Source: Candidatus Kuenenia stuttgartensis (GTDB lineage: Bacteria; Planctomycetota; Brocadiia; Brocadiales; Brocadiaceae). Taken from it: 32,000 nucleotides of DNA. Below the pieces are notes generated by a model. It ran no database searches. It had not been told where the DNA came from and saw nothing but the letters and a program-made list of their open reading frames with translations. Where the stretch lies: positions 1,290,001-1,322,000 of the forward strand of contig NZ_LT934425.1 in assembly GCF_900232105.1 (NCBI RefSeq), read 5' to 3'. A program made the position numbers and the translations under genes. Below, piece by piece: positions 9,144 to 22,160 of this stretch; the stretch's first letter is position 1, and each line of letters starts with the position of its first letter.

Positions 9144-10070
9144 TTATTTTATCGCCTCAATCATCCTGAGAAATTCCAATCTTTCCATAGCCCTTTCCGC
9201 CCAAATAGTATCAGGAAAATCTTTCATAACATATTTAAAATAAATCGCCGCGGAAGACGGGGTTTTTCTCCTCAAATAAAACTCGCCAATTTCAAACTCA
9301 CGCCTTGCTTCAATAACCCTTATTTCTTCTATCATTCTGCTGGCGTCTTCAACATACACCCCATGGGGATTTGTTACGAGATATTCCTCAAAACCTTCCC
9401 TTGCGGATACAAGCAAACCATAGTTGCGCTCCTGCTGTTTTTCGAAGTAAAATTTTGAAAGTGGTATTTGATACTGCACATAGGGAATCCATTCATTTCT
9501 TGGATAGCTTTCCATAAATTTCTTATAGGCATCCACCGCATCTTCATAATATCCCAGCTTGAAATAGCAATCTGCTATTTTAATTTGCGATTCAGGGGCA
9601 ATAGGTCCCATCGGGTGATTTTCAATAATCTTTTCAAATACCCTTATCGCGGCATTCTCATCCATCTCCATTTGCGCAATACCTACCTGAAACACCTTCT
9701 CATGCACCTCTTTTGTCCTCTTTGTTCCCGGATATTCCCTCAAAACCGTATCATATGCCTTTAATGCCCGGTTATAATCTCCATTGAGATAATAGGCCCA
9801 TCCTATGTTTATCTGAGAAAGCTCCGCATACGCTGAGTCCGGATAACCGTCAATAATTAGTTTAAACTCTTTTATGGCGCTAACATATTTTTGTTCCACC
9901 AGCATGAACAGTGCATTTTTATAGCGCTGTTCCGGCGATCCGACGTCGCCAGTCGGCGGCTGCATCCACCCGGTATCTTTGTTCCAGACCCATTTTCCGT
10001 AAGACGCCGTTGATATTAAAAATGTAACAGCAAGCACTATTATTGGGAAAAAACCTGAGCGCAATTTCAT
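9144..10070 (-). CDS. TPR-containing outer-membrane-assembly-like protein (BamD/YbgF-like)
   Basis: 308 aa; signal peptide and repeated TPR segments 'AYYLNGDYNRALKAYDTVLREYPG', 'CYFKLGYYEDAVDAYKKFMESYP'. Confidence 0.75.
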   Translation of the reverse strand: MKLRSGFFPIIVLAVTFLISTASYGKWVWNKDTGWMQPPTGDVGSPEQRYKNALFMLVEQKYVSAIKEFKLIIDGYPDSAYAELSQINIGWAYYLNGDYNRALKAYDTVLREYPGTKRTKEVHEKVFQVGIAQMEMDENAAIRVFEKIIENHPMGPIAPESQIKIADCYFKLGYYEDAVDAYKKFMESYPRNEWIPYVQYQIPLSKFYFEKQQERNYGLLVSAREGFEEYLVTNPHGVYVEDASRMIEEIRVIEARREFEIGEFYLRRKTPSSAAIYFKYVMKDFPDTIWAERAMERLEFLRMIEAIK

Positions 10071-10840
10071 ATTTTTATGCCTTCTTGCGGGGAAAAGTTA
10101 ACATATTTCCACGAGTTTAACTCTTTTTTCAACAACGAAACAATATAATATCTCAGCACCTTTTCTATTTCAACACAAATAGATAATTGTACCCGGACAC
10201 GTTCCAACCGATGCAAATTAAGGTTCGCCAACCTACCTGCAATAAACATAGCGCCTGCAGAAATCAGCATTCCGTTTTTCAATTCTCCAGGGCACCCCAC
10301 ACATCTCGCGCCGCCTTCCACTGCATTAAAAGTAACCATCTCATGGTGGGGTATTTTCTTTTTACAATGAATGCAATGCTCCCATTCCGGTAAATATCCC
10401 AAAATGTTTAGCATTTTTAACTCAAAGGCCAATAACCATATTGTGGTGTTTGTGTCAGTGGCAATGTGATTTAGCGTATTAAGAAATAAATCAAAAAGCG
10501 GCTCGTTGGGGTCGTTTTTTTCTGTAAATTCGTTGACAAGTTCTGCCATACAGGAAGCCCTGAAATACTTATCAAGGTCATGCCGGAATGCGGGATAGTT
10601 GTTTTGCAATACCGCATCGGTGAGGGTATGGAGGGTAGAATGTTCCTTTTTAATAAAGAGAATCCGGTAGTGCGTTAAAAGATCGATTGCTTTTGAGTTG
10701 TACTTGCCTGAAGAGCGCTTGAAGCCTTTTGCAATGGTATTTATCTTCCCGTAATCCCTGGTATAGAAAATGATGATTTGGCTTGAATCGCTATAATCTG
10801 TCCTTCCCAAGGTAATTGCATCTGTTTTTAAGATGGACAT
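10067..10840 (-). CDS. recO: DNA repair protein RecO
   Basis: 257 aa; 'TDAITLGRTDYSDSSQIIIFYTRDYGKINTIAKGFKR', zinc-site cysteines 'CIHCKKK..CVGC'. Confidence 0.88.
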   Translation of the reverse strand: MSILKTDAITLGRTDYSDSSQIIIFYTRDYGKINTIAKGFKRSSGKYNSKAIDLLTHYRILFIKKEHSTLHTLTDAVLQNNYPAFRHDLDKYFRASCMAELVNEFTEKNDPNEPLFDLFLNTLNHIATDTNTTIWLLAFELKMLNILGYLPEWEHCIHCKKKIPHHEMVTFNAVEGGARCVGCPGELKNGMLISAGAMFIAGRLANLNLHRLERVRVQLSICVEIEKVLRYYIVSLLKKELNSWKYVNFSPQEGIKI

Positions 10841-10855
10841 ATTATGGTATGTTAA

Positions 10856-11290
10856 TTAATCCGGGACAGAAATATTGTACCCAAGCTTTGACAATAATTC
10901 CTTTTCCCTCCGATGCATGACTTTTGCATCACCTTTTTTTTTATCATTATAACCAATTAAATGCAGCAAGCCATGTATGAGATACAGGGCTATTTCTCCT
11001 TCCGCATCATGGCAATGTTCCTTTGCAACTTTATATGCCATCTCTGCGGATACAATGATTTCTCCAGCGACATGATTTTCCGATGCATCATAAATAAAAC
11101 TCAAAACATCCGTTGCATAATCATGCCCCAGAAAAGCTTTGTTTAATCTCCTTATTTCCTTGTTATCAGTGACGACAATGCTAAGGCTGGCGTCTTTGTT
11201 TTCACTTTTTAACACCCTTTTTATCAATTTTACTATGCGTTTTTCATCGATAGCATAGGATTTCTGCCGGTTTACAACTTCCAGCTTCAT
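10856..11290 (-). CDS. ybeY: Endoribonuclease YbeY
   Basis: 144 aa; 'TDVLSFIY', 'LYLIHGLLHLIGYNDKKKGDAKVMHRREKELL' (HGxLHLxGYDH-like site). Confidence 0.9.
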   Translation of the reverse strand: MKLEVVNRQKSYAIDEKRIVKLIKRVLKSENKDASLSIVVTDNKEIRRLNKAFLGHDYATDVLSFIYDASENHVAGEIIVSAEMAYKVAKEHCHDAEGEIALYLIHGLLHLIGYNDKKKGDAKVMHRREKELLSKLGYNISVPD

Positions 11291-11357
11291 GAGAACCTTT
11301 TTCTTCTATCATAGCGCAGCATAGCCGCAACCAAAAAGATTTTTTACCTTATAAATA

Positions 11358-12350
11358 CTATAATTCATATGCCGCAACAATATCCCGAACCAGCTTATGG
11401 CGGACAATATCGGATTTGGCAAGATATACGAATGCTATATTGTCTACATTCATAAATCTTTCCTGGGCATCAATCAAACCCGATAACTCCCCGCCCGGCA
11501 AATCAACTTGTGTGATATCCCCGGTAACGACAACCTTTGATTTCGTACCAAGCCTTGTTAAAAATGTCTTCATCTGCTTTACCGTACAATTTTGCGCCTC
11601 ATCCAGAATAATAAAGGCGCTGTTTAAGGTTCTCCCGCGCATATATGCAAGCGGCAGGATCTCTATCAGATCGCTGTCCAGATATTTTTTCACCTGCCCG
11701 ACGTCCATCATATCCGCTAAAGCGTCATACAGCGGCCGCAAATAAGGACTTACCTTGTCTTTGATATCTCCCGGCAGATATCCAAGTTTTTCTCCTGCCT
11801 CTACCGCAGGCCTTGCAAGCACAATCCTTTTTACGTCTCCGCTTTTGAGAAAAGAAAGCGCCATCGCCACCGCCAGGTAGGTCTTTCCTGTTCCGGCAGG
11901 TCCAATGCAAAAAACAAGATCATTGTTTCTGATGGCCGCAATATAATTTGCCTGCCCCTCTGTCTTGGGCCTTGTGAACATCTCTTTTTGGAAAAGATTG
12001 ATTGCTTGTGCGGGTGCCCCTTCATCATAATTTTGTACATCCATAATGGTCTGCTCCACGTCCTTCACTCCCAGATTCCCCGTGAATCTAATTATTTCAA
12101 GCAATTTAATTAAGGACGTTCTAGCTGCTTCGACACCCTCTTTTTCGCCCGCCATCTTCAATACCCCGTTACGTGCTACTAATTTTACCCGAAAAGCATC
12201 CCTTATCAGGCGCAAATTTTTATCATGGTTTCCATATAAAAGGGACGCTTCATCATCATTTTCAAGGATTATTGCATCTTTAGCGGGTAAAAATTCCTGT
12301 ATATTTTCCTTTATTGCAACGTATTTTTGTGTTTCAACTCCTTGATTCAT
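11358..12350 (-). CDS. phoH: PhoH-family ATPase
   Basis: 330 aa; 'FCIGPAGTGKTYLAVAMA', 'IVLARPAVEAGEKLGYLPGD', 'FIILDEAQNCTVKQMKTFLTRLG', 'VVTGDITQVDLP'. Confidence 0.94.
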   Translation of the reverse strand: MNQGVETQKYVAIKENIQEFLPAKDAIILENDDEASLLYGNHDKNLRLIRDAFRVKLVARNGVLKMAGEKEGVEAARTSLIKLLEIIRFTGNLGVKDVEQTIMDVQNYDEGAPAQAINLFQKEMFTRPKTEGQANYIAAIRNNDLVFCIGPAGTGKTYLAVAMALSFLKSGDVKRIVLARPAVEAGEKLGYLPGDIKDKVSPYLRPLYDALADMMDVGQVKKYLDSDLIEILPLAYMRGRTLNSAFIILDEAQNCTVKQMKTFLTRLGTKSKVVVTGDITQVDLPGGELSGLIDAQERFMNVDNIAFVYLAKSDIVRHKLVRDIVAAYEL

Positions 12351-12352
12351 GC

Positions 12353-13194
12353 TTAGATTAACTTAAAAAAAAGTAAAAAATAATATGTCACCGGCAGACT
12401 TACCAGCAAACAATCAATAATATCCAATACGCCGCCAAAGGAGGGCACCAGATTCCCCGAGTCCTTAACATTCGCATCTCTTTTTATCAATGACTCTGCC
12501 AGGTCGCCTAAAATAGCGAAAGAACCCACAACAGCTCCAAATAAAACCGACCATGGCAGGCTGATTACCCTGGTTTGCGGAATACTATTAAATATCACTG
12601 CTACTAAAATGCTACTTATAACAGAGAAGCAAGCCCCTTCAACCGTTTTATTGGGGCTTATACTCCTTGCAAGCTTATGCTTTCCATACTTCCTGCCCAA
12701 CAAATACCCGCCAATGTCTCCAAATTTTGAAACCAACAGGGCCATTATCACCACACATGTTCCATTGGGAAAATGGCGTAAAGCAATCGCAAAACCAAGC
12801 AGAAAAGGAACATAAAAAATGCCAAAGACCGTTACGGAAATATTTTTAATCGCATCTTTTGCGCCGCGTGTGACCGCCTGTAGGAGCAATAGCAAAAAAA
12901 TGAGTACGAGAACAATGTCTTTTCTGAAAAATTGGGACTCTGCGCCGGCGTCCCCATGTATGGATACCCAATAGCTTACAAACAGCCATATCCCGATGCC
13001 GATGCCGGCTACGCGAAATGGACGAAATCCGCATTTACCCGCAATAGTGTAAAACTCATACAATCCCATCCCTGCCGCAACCATTGCAATACAGCCGAAC
13101 CCAATGTCTGTGGAAAACATGACGTCAAGGCTCATTACTCCAAAAAACACCGCAAATAAAATTACACCAAGCGTTACCCTTGTTTTAAGCGTGC

Positions 13195-13198
<4 letters not shown>
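12353..13198 (-). CDS. cdsA: Phosphatidate cytidylyltransferase
   Basis: 281 aa; multi-TM with 'KFGDIGGYLLGRKYGKHKLA-RSISPNKTVEGA' and 'IKRDANVKDSGNLVPSFGGVLDIIDCLL'. Confidence 0.93.
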
Positions 13199-15227
<2,029 letters not shown>

Positions 15228-15346
15228 TCAGAATCCCTTAAATATCAAGCATTTAAAGGATTATAGAAAATGAAATAGTTAATGTCAAGCTAATACACTT
15301 CCGAACAGGGCAAGTCGGGTATAAACGTTAGTAGATTTTATCAAAA

Positions 15347-15360
15347 AACTAAAGTGTTAC
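15347..15360. repeat. Terminal motif of the dispersed inverted-repeat family (AACTAAAGTGTTAC)
   Basis: Reverse complement of the motif starting at 22161 and 27739, preceded by the same A-rich TCAAAAA context. Confidence 0.65.
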
Positions 15361-15531
15361 GAATTTCCACATATCTGGAGTGCTGGGTTTTGACCGTCCC
15401 TGACATAAATTAGCGTATAGCAAAATTAAATTGTTTGAATCACTTGCAATTACTGATAAAATCTTATGAGATAGAAAGATAATTAGTAACTATTCAGCGT
15501 AATTTATTAAACTACCGGAGATCAGAGCGCA

Positions 15532-15583
15532 ACTCGTTACCAAACCTTGTACTGAACATAGTGAAGTATATGTTTGGGAACGA
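15532..15583. repeat. Inverted repeat related to the core of the dispersed family
   Basis: CTCGTTACCAAAC ... GTTTGGGAACGAG; arms complementary at 12 of 13 positions. Confidence 0.7.
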
Positions 15584-15694
15584 GCCGTGTATCGTTTACG
15601 ATGAATAGTTACGATAATTAAGGCCCTGAAAAAAGAAGGCGAGTGTTTTGGTTTCTGTTTTATTTGCGGAAAAAAATTTACAAAAGAGAAATAC

Positions 15695-16696
15695 ATGTTA
15701 AGAAAATACATTTATTATGCCTTGTTATTTCCGGTAATGCTTTCCTGTTCATACCTGTTTTGCGGAGAAGATGTCCTGAACAAAAACAATCTTGGGTTTA
15801 TTCGGGCGGTCGTTGATGAGGCGATAATAACCCAGGATGAAGTCATTAAACGTTCGGCAGCAGCCATAAGGGAGGCAAGGAGTAAATATAGCGAGGAGGA
15901 ATTCGCAAAAAATATTGAGAAAATTCTGGAATATACCCTTGAAGAATTAATAGACAGGAAACTGTTGGTGAAAGAAGCGCAGAAGGTATTTGGTACGGAT
16001 ATATCAATGATGGATGAGGTTCAGAAAGAACTGGATTATTTTTTGAAAGGCGCCGTCGAAAATGTTGGTTCCTTATCAAAGTTCTATGAAATAGCAGAGT
16101 CTCAGGGAATAAATCCTATAGAAAGGAAAACTGAGCTTAAAGAAGATATTATGATTGATAAAATAATCAAAGAAAACGTTAATAATAAGGTAAAAGTCCC
16201 GCCAAAGCTATTAAGACGCTATTATATGGAAAACATGGATGAATTCTGCCAGAAAAAAGAAATAAAACTGCGGCACATAATGATCAAATTTTCCACACAC
16301 GACAATGACAAAGCAAAGACATATGCCTTTGCTGAAAAAATCATGACGCTTCTTTCCACAGGGGAAGATTTTTCATCAGTAGCACGGTCATATTCAGAAG
16401 GCCCCAACGCTGAAAAAGGAGGCGAATGGAGTTTTGACGAGATACAAGGGTTGAGGAAAGAACTCCGGGATGTTGTTAATAGTCTGAAGGATAATGAGTA
16501 CAGCAAGATAACAGAGTCTCCTGTCGGATATCATATTTTCAAAGTGGAACTCATCAGACCGGAAGTAGTAAAAAAATTTGAAGACGTGCAGGATGAAATA
16601 TATAAGAAGTTGTACCGTGAAGAGATTGGAAGATTAAAGAAAAAATATATTCTCGACTTAAGGGAAGATGCATTTATTAAGGTTATTAAACACTGA
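15695..16696 (+). CDS. SurA/PpiC-type parvulin peptidyl-prolyl isomerase with signal sequence
   Basis: 333 aa; 'KLRHIMIKFS...EDFSSVARSYSEGPNAEKGGEWSF...SPVGYHIFKV'. Confidence 0.9.
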   Translation: MLRKYIYYALLFPVMLSCSYLFCGEDVLNKNNLGFIRAVVDEAIITQDEVIKRSAAAIREARSKYSEEEFAKNIEKILEYTLEELIDRKLLVKEAQKVFGTDISMMDEVQKELDYFLKGAVENVGSLSKFYEIAESQGINPIERKTELKEDIMIDKIIKENVNNKVKVPPKLLRRYYMENMDEFCQKKEIKLRHIMIKFSTHDNDKAKTYAFAEKIMTLLSTGEDFSSVARSYSEGPNAEKGGEWSFDEIQGLRKELRDVVNSLKDNEYSKITESPVGYHIFKVELIRPEVVKKFEDVQDEIYKKLYREEIGRLKKKYILDLREDAFIKVIKH

Positions 16697-16765
16697 GAGG
16701 AACATTTTATACGTGTTTTCTATCGTTTTGACGGTTCTACGTGCATATAACGGGAGACTAAAAAG

Positions 16766-17968
16766 GTGCTGAGGCGTGAGCTGGCGCTACAATTATTTGA
16801 AGCCTTTTCCATGCAGAGATGGAACGATATGATACGTCCTGTAGAGTTAACGGAGATGGATAAACATGCGCATAAAATGATCATCGCTTATTGTCTTGGT
16901 AAGTATGAAGAAGAAAAAGGGCGGCAGGTTAACTGGGATACCATAATAACGGGGGGGATATTTGAACTATTACGGCGCATTGTTATCTCCGATATAAAAT
17001 CTCCGATATACAGGAAAATCAAAAAACTACACCCGGACGTCTTCCGGCAGCTCAACAAATGGGTTTATGAACAACTCAAACCAATGTTTGAAGGACTGCC
17101 AAAAGAAATGAATGCCGAACTAAAGCACTATTTGTTTGATACAAACAAGGGCGATGATTTAACAAAAAAAATATTGGAGGCGTCTCATATTTATTCGAGT
17201 TTCTGGGAATTTCAGATAATTCAGAAGGTACATCCTTCCGGTTATAAAATAGAAGAAATTGAAAGGGTTTTAAAAAACGATCTGGAACCCTTCCTGGATC
17301 TTGCCGGGATGCGAAAGATTATTTGCAAAGGGAAAATATTAAACTTTGTTGATCTCTGCGGACAGTTACGGTTTCAAATACGATGGAGCCAAACGCCCCG
17401 GTTGCCAAAAACATCCGTACTGGGACACATGCTTTTGGTGGCAATATTTTGTTATCTTTTTGCAAGAGAGGTAAATGCCTGTTCTAAAAGATTATATAAT
17501 AATTTTTTCAGCGCGTTGTTTCATGATCTGCCTGAAGCAATGACAAGGGACATATTATCCCCGATTAAAAGGTCTGTGGAAGGTATGCCGGAGGCCATCA
17601 GTAAAATCGAAGAAGAGTTGGCAGAAAAAGAGATCTCTCCATTGTTAGAAGAGGGATGGTTTGAGGAGATAAAATATTTCACCCGGAATGAGTATGAAAG
17701 CAAGATTAAAATAAAGGGAAGAGTGAAGCATGTTACCACCGAAAAGATAAATGAGAAATACAATAGCGATGGTTATGCCCCGATAGATGGAGAATTTATC
17801 AAGATTGCCGATGACCTGTCGGCGTATTTAGAGGCGTATACGGCAAATGATCTTGGGCTGAATTCAAAACATTTGCAGGACGGACGACGAAAAATTGAAG
17901 AAAAATATAAAGACAGCACTATTGCAGGGATATCTATAGAGGCTTTATTTGCAGCCTTTGCGATGTAG
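16766..17968 (+). CDS. HD-domain metal-dependent phosphohydrolase-like protein
   Basis: 400 aa; 'GHMLLVAIFCYLFAREV...FFSALFHDLPEAMTRDILSPIK' HD-type metal-binding pattern. Confidence 0.8.
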   Translation: MLRRELALQLFEAFSMQRWNDMIRPVELTEMDKHAHKMIIAYCLGKYEEEKGRQVNWDTIITGGIFELLRRIVISDIKSPIYRKIKKLHPDVFRQLNKWVYEQLKPMFEGLPKEMNAELKHYLFDTNKGDDLTKKILEASHIYSSFWEFQIIQKVHPSGYKIEEIERVLKNDLEPFLDLAGMRKIICKGKILNFVDLCGQLRFQIRWSQTPRLPKTSVLGHMLLVAIFCYLFAREVNACSKRLYNNFFSALFHDLPEAMTRDILSPIKRSVEGMPEAISKIEEELAEKEISPLLEEGWFEEIKYFTRNEYESKIKIKGRVKHVTTEKINEKYNSDGYAPIDGEFIKIADDLSAYLEAYTANDLGLNSKHLQDGRRKIEEKYKDSTIAGISIEALFAAFAM

Positions 17969-18107
17969 TACCTTGAAAGTTATTTATTTGCACACTTCTA
18001 TTCGTCAGTGCGTGCTTTTTGACAAAATATTTAATGGTGTTATTCTTTTTTCCACCGGTTAAACAGGTATGGATGGTTTGAAACATTTTTCAGGGTAGGA
18101 AATAGCA

Positions 18108-18467
18108 ATGGATGGTAAAAGACATTTCAGCCGCATTAATTTTGTGGCGCATACGCAATTAAAATATCAGGACAAAACATACAGAGGAGAGCTGCTTGAC
18201 ATCTCTCTGAAGGGCGCATTGCTGCAATTTAAAGAAAATATTCCCCTCATAAAAGGTGAGAAATGTGAAATAATAATCCACCTTCCTTCGTCGAATGTTA
18301 ATTTAAATTTTGAAGCAAAACCTGTCCATATTCATTCAGGCCACTTTGGTTTTAAATTTGTAAGCGAAGATATTGACACCATAACACATTTGAGAAAAAT
18401 GATTGAACTCAATATCGGAGACCACGAACAAGTCACAAATGAGTTGGCATACTGGTTGAAAGAATAA
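18108..18467 (+). CDS. PilZ-domain protein
   Basis: 119 aa; 'GKRHFSRINFVAHTQ...GELLDISLKGALLQF...FKFVSEDIDTITHLRKMIEL' PilZ signature. Confidence 0.88.
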   Translation: MDGKRHFSRINFVAHTQLKYQDKTYRGELLDISLKGALLQFKENIPLIKGEKCEIIIHLPSSNVNLNFEAKPVHIHSGHFGFKFVSEDIDTITHLRKMIELNIGDHEQVTNELAYWLKE

Positions 18468-18548
18468 ACGCCGGTAACAGGTTCGTTTTTTGAAAAATTG
18501 TGATAATGTATTTATTCTGAATAACATCTTGAGTGAGAGGAGAATGAT

Positions 18549-19121
18549 TTGAAAACAATACTTATTTGTGCTGCCATTGCAATAACCTGCTTCATACAAA
18601 ATGCCCGGGCAAATACGGTTTATCCGAAAGTTTTGCTCGAAACCAATCAGGGAGAAATAGTTCTAGAGCTTTATCCCGAAAAAGCCCCGGAGACGGTAGA
18701 AAATTTTCTCAAATATGTCCGGGATGGTTTTTACAACGGCACAATCTTTCATCGTGTAATAAAGGGATTTATGATACAGGGCGGGGGTATGACCGAAGGT
18801 ATGAGTAAGAAAACCACACTGGATCCCGTTAAAAATGAGGCGTATAACGGACTCAAAAATTTGAGGGGTACCGTAGCAATGGCCCGTACGATGGACCCGC
18901 ACTCTGCCACTGCACAGTTTTTCATTAATACGGTGGATAATGGTTTTCTTGATTTTAAGGGCCAAACTGCAACAGGGTGGGGATATTGTGTCTTTGGAAA
19001 AGTGATAAAAGGCATGGAAGTGGTTGATGCTATTGAACAAATGCCTACCACAAAAAAAGAGGGACATAGCGATGTTCCCCGCTCTACAGTAGTTCTGAAA
19101 AAAGCCATTGAGATAAAATAA
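18549..19121 (+). CDS. Exported cyclophilin-type peptidyl-prolyl isomerase
   Basis: 190 aa; signal peptide then '[23 protein letters not shown]', '[16 protein letters not shown]', '[22 protein letters not shown]'. Confidence 0.95.
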   Translation: MKTILICAAIAITCFIQNARANTVYPKVLLETNQGEIVLELYPEKAPETVENFLKYVRDGFYNGTIFHRVIKGFMIQGGGMTEGMSKKTTLDPVKNEAYNGLKNLRGTVAMARTMDPHSATAQFFINTVDNGFLDFKGQTATGWGYCVFGKVIKGMEVVDAIEQMPTTKKEGHSDVPRSTVVLKKAIEIK

Positions 19122-19237
19122 ACATAACAGTTAAGCGTTACAGCAGAGAACGCCGAGACTTCGTCGTGAGATCAGTCGAACGATCGCAGAGGTGTTTTGC
19201 TATTTTGCCCTGAACACGATATAAAAAGCCTACGATA

Positions 19238-19495
19238 ATGTCTGAAAAAATGCATGGATACTTCTTTTGTCCAAATTGCGGGTCGCAGACGCCGCGAAAG
19301 GCGCTTGCTTGCCAGGAATGCGGGTCAGATGAAAATACCGGATGGTCAGAGGATACGATGTATGACGGGCTTGACCTTCCCGAAACGGAACCATCCGTTC
19401 TGCGCCCTTCAAGGTCTTTATTCAAAAAGAGATATTTTCTTAGCATCGTGGCCATTATTGTTATCCTGGCCTTTTTGTGGATTTATCTGATCTGA
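19238..19495 (+). CDS. Small zinc-ribbon protein with a C-terminal transmembrane helix
   Basis: 85 aa; 'FFCPNCGSQTPRKALACQECG' followed by a C-terminal hydrophobic helix. Confidence 0.75.
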   Translation: MSEKMHGYFFCPNCGSQTPRKALACQECGSDENTGWSEDTMYDGLDLPETEPSVLRPSRSLFKKRYFLSIVAIIVILAFLWIYLI

Positions 19496-19561
19496 TTTCC
19501 ATAAAATCTTTCATCGTAATCGTTAGAAAATATTTTTGACGGCACTATGTAGGCAAAAATT

Positions 19562-20884
19562 TCAGGGTTGCTTTTTGTACGGACAGGGGTTCTTCCGGAA
19601 AAACCTGCCCCTGAAATAAAACGGCAGTGATACCGCTATTGCCAAAGCCGTTGCGCCGATTATTTTCAGCTCCACATGGCAAAGCAGCCATCCACAAATA
19701 ATCAGCGCCAGGACGGGAATACCGTATCCGCCCGGAATCTTATATCCCCGTTTCCGGTCGGGTCTTTTTCGTCTCAGTGCAATAACTGCCAGGCAGGTGG
19801 GAACGTATTGTAATATGCTTACCAACACACTCGCGGCTATTAAGTAGCGAAAACTCCCTGTCAGCCCAAGTAATAACGTCAGCACCGTGTTTACCGCTAT
19901 TGCCAAATAGGGCGTGTGGTACTTTGGGTGTATTTTGGCAAAGACGGGCGGAAAGAATCCGTCTGCGGACAGTACATAAAGGCTTCGCGGGCTGGTGAGC
20001 GCAATGCCCGCATTCACTCCACCAATAGAGAGCAATGCCCCAATACCAATAATGATCCCCCCTGCAGGTCCCAGAAAATAAAAGGCTGCGTCTGCCAGTG
20101 GCTTGTCTGACCCTGCCAAATCAGGATATGTCCCCATTGCAACATATTGTATGAGAGCATACAGGGCAGTCACCATCATGAATACCACCATAATTACACG
20201 CGGGATATGTTTTTGAGGATTCTTCATTTCTCCCGCCGGCACAACCAGAAACTCAAATCCCGTGTACGCATAGAGCGCCAGCGTAGTTGCCATACTAAAA
20301 CTTCCGCTGCTGTGCAATTGTCCAAAATTTTCTCTTTTTACAAAAAACATTCCGGCCACAATAAAAATGAAGAGCGCCGTGAATTTTCCTATAGAAAAAA
20401 AATTTATACTTCTTGCGCCAGGCTTTACCCCGCAGTAATTTGTTATGCTTAATCCGATCACAAGCGCCGTTATAATAACCTTACTCAGCCATTGCTGATC
20501 TTTTGGCAGAAAATAGTTGCAATAGAGTCCGAAACCACTGGCAACCGACGCCCAGCCAATGATAGAGGCAAGCCACATTATCCAGCCCACCAAAAACCCC
20601 GCAAATGGTCCAAAGACGTCTTTGGTATAAAGATACGCCCCGCCTGTTTTATCATACATACTTCCTATTTCCGCAAAGCACAGTGCAACGGCGAAGCAAA
20701 GCAGACCGCATAGGGGAAAGACCAATAAAGCACCAATACCGACCAAACTATCAAGTTGCCCCGCCAGCAAAAAAATGCCGGCGCCAACAACACAATTAAA
20801 CCCCATGCAAACAACATCAAAGAAGTTTAACTCCCTTGCAAGGCCGCGATGTTCTTTCATAACTGATTTTTCCCGCATGTCCAT
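19562..20884 (-). CDS. APC-superfamily amino acid permease
   Basis: 440 aa; 'VVGAGIFLLAGQ', multi-TM, 'FALYAYTGFEFLVVPAGEMKNPQKHIPR', 'RGYKIPGGYGIPVLA'. Confidence 0.9.
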   Translation of the reverse strand: MDMREKSVMKEHRGLARELNFFDVVCMGFNCVVGAGIFLLAGQLDSLVGIGALLVFPLCGLLCFAVALCFAEIGSMYDKTGGAYLYTKDVFGPFAGFLVGWIMWLASIIGWASVASGFGLYCNYFLPKDQQWLSKVIITALVIGLSITNYCGVKPGARSINFFSIGKFTALFIFIVAGMFFVKRENFGQLHSSGSFSMATTLALYAYTGFEFLVVPAGEMKNPQKHIPRVIMVVFMMVTALYALIQYVAMGTYPDLAGSDKPLADAAFYFLGPAGGIIIGIGALLSIGGVNAGIALTSPRSLYVLSADGFFPPVFAKIHPKYHTPYLAIAVNTVLTLLLGLTGSFRYLIAASVLVSILQYVPTCLAVIALRRKRPDRKRGYKIPGGYGIPVLALIICGWLLCHVELKIIGATALAIAVSLPFYFRGRFFRKNPCPYKKQP

Positions 20885-21199
20885 AATTTCGGATTGACGA
20901 ATGTTTGTTACGTTATATAATGAATGACGAAGATATGACTTTTTGAAAATTATCTTTCAGTAAACGACCAATGCTTATTCACAAACTCCTCAGACCGGGC
21001 CAAATGAATTTTGTTGTCTCAAAAATAGGGAACAATCCTCACAAAATACCTGTTTCATTTCCTATCTCTACTTATTACTGTTTTTACATTAAAACGGGGA
21101 ACAATTATCGGGAAGCAGGCAACAGTTGCCTGTTTGACCAGTCTGTACTTCTGAATTATACTTATTAAACAACATCATAACAAAAGAAAAGGACGATTT

Positions 21200-22138
21200 A
21201 TGATACATAGAATCAAACATATTACCTGTCTCATCCTGATGCATGTATTTCTTTTTCACTTTATCGGTTGTGGAAAAGAAGAAAAGGATTTAACGTCAGC
21301 CGTTCAGCAAAAAGAGAGTTCGATGCATGGTGGAAAAGTACAGGGCATGCACGGTACCTCAAGACCGGACAAAGAGATAGAAGCGGCAAAAGCGGCTGTT
21401 GAAGCGAACCCGAACGACCCGGCTGTGTATTACAATTTAGCCGTTCTTTCTGATAAAAAAGGGATGCTTGACGAAGCGGTGGACGCATACAAAAAGGCAA
21501 CGGAACTAAATCCTTCTTCCGAGGAAGCCTTAGTAGGTCTAGGCAAAGTATTAAATAAGAAGGCAAAATCTGACGAAGCAATCACCGCATTTGAAAAGGC
21601 GCTTGCCATAAATATCAACAACGCAGAAGCCTATGAGGGGTTAGGTCTTGTACATGTTCATAAGGGAGGGCCGGATGAGGCGATCAGACTCTTTAACAGA
21701 GCTGTTGCGATAAATCCGGACCTTGTTGAATCCCGGTATAATTTGGGCATTCTCTATGCGAAAAACGGGCAATTTGAGGAGGCGATTGCTGAGTGGTTAA
21801 AGGCCATTAAGATCAATCCTAAGAGAACAGAATTCCATTATAACCTTGGGATTGCCTACACAAAATTAGGAAAGCTGGAAGACGCTATTGCTGTGTGGCA
21901 AAACGCATTGGAAAATACTGAAGAAATATCAAGTTTTCTCTATTTGATCGGACTTGTTTACATAGAAAAAGGGGATGCTAAAAGCGCCGAATCCTTCCTT
22001 AATAAAGCGCTTGAAGTTGATCCCGAATTTTACGATGTACACAAAGTGCTTGAGGAACTCTATCGTTCACAGGGCATGCATAGTGAAGCCGACCGCCATG
22101 CTGAAATATACAAAAGCAATTACAGCGCCCACCACTAA
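21200..22138 (+). CDS. TPR-repeat lipoprotein
   Basis: 312 aa; lipobox-like 'LFHFIGCGKEE', then multiple TPRs ('PAVYYNLAVLSDKKGMLDEAVDAYKKATELNP'). Confidence 0.88.
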   Translation: MIHRIKHITCLILMHVFLFHFIGCGKEEKDLTSAVQQKESSMHGGKVQGMHGTSRPDKEIEAAKAAVEANPNDPAVYYNLAVLSDKKGMLDEAVDAYKKATELNPSSEEALVGLGKVLNKKAKSDEAITAFEKALAININNAEAYEGLGLVHVHKGGPDEAIRLFNRAVAINPDLVESRYNLGILYAKNGQFEEAIAEWLKAIKINPKRTEFHYNLGIAYTKLGKLEDAIAVWQNALENTEEISSFLYLIGLVYIEKGDAKSAESFLNKALEVDPEFYDVHKVLEELYRSQGMHSEADRHAEIYKSNYSAHH

Positions 22139-22160
22139 TATACTTACAGTTAGAGCATTC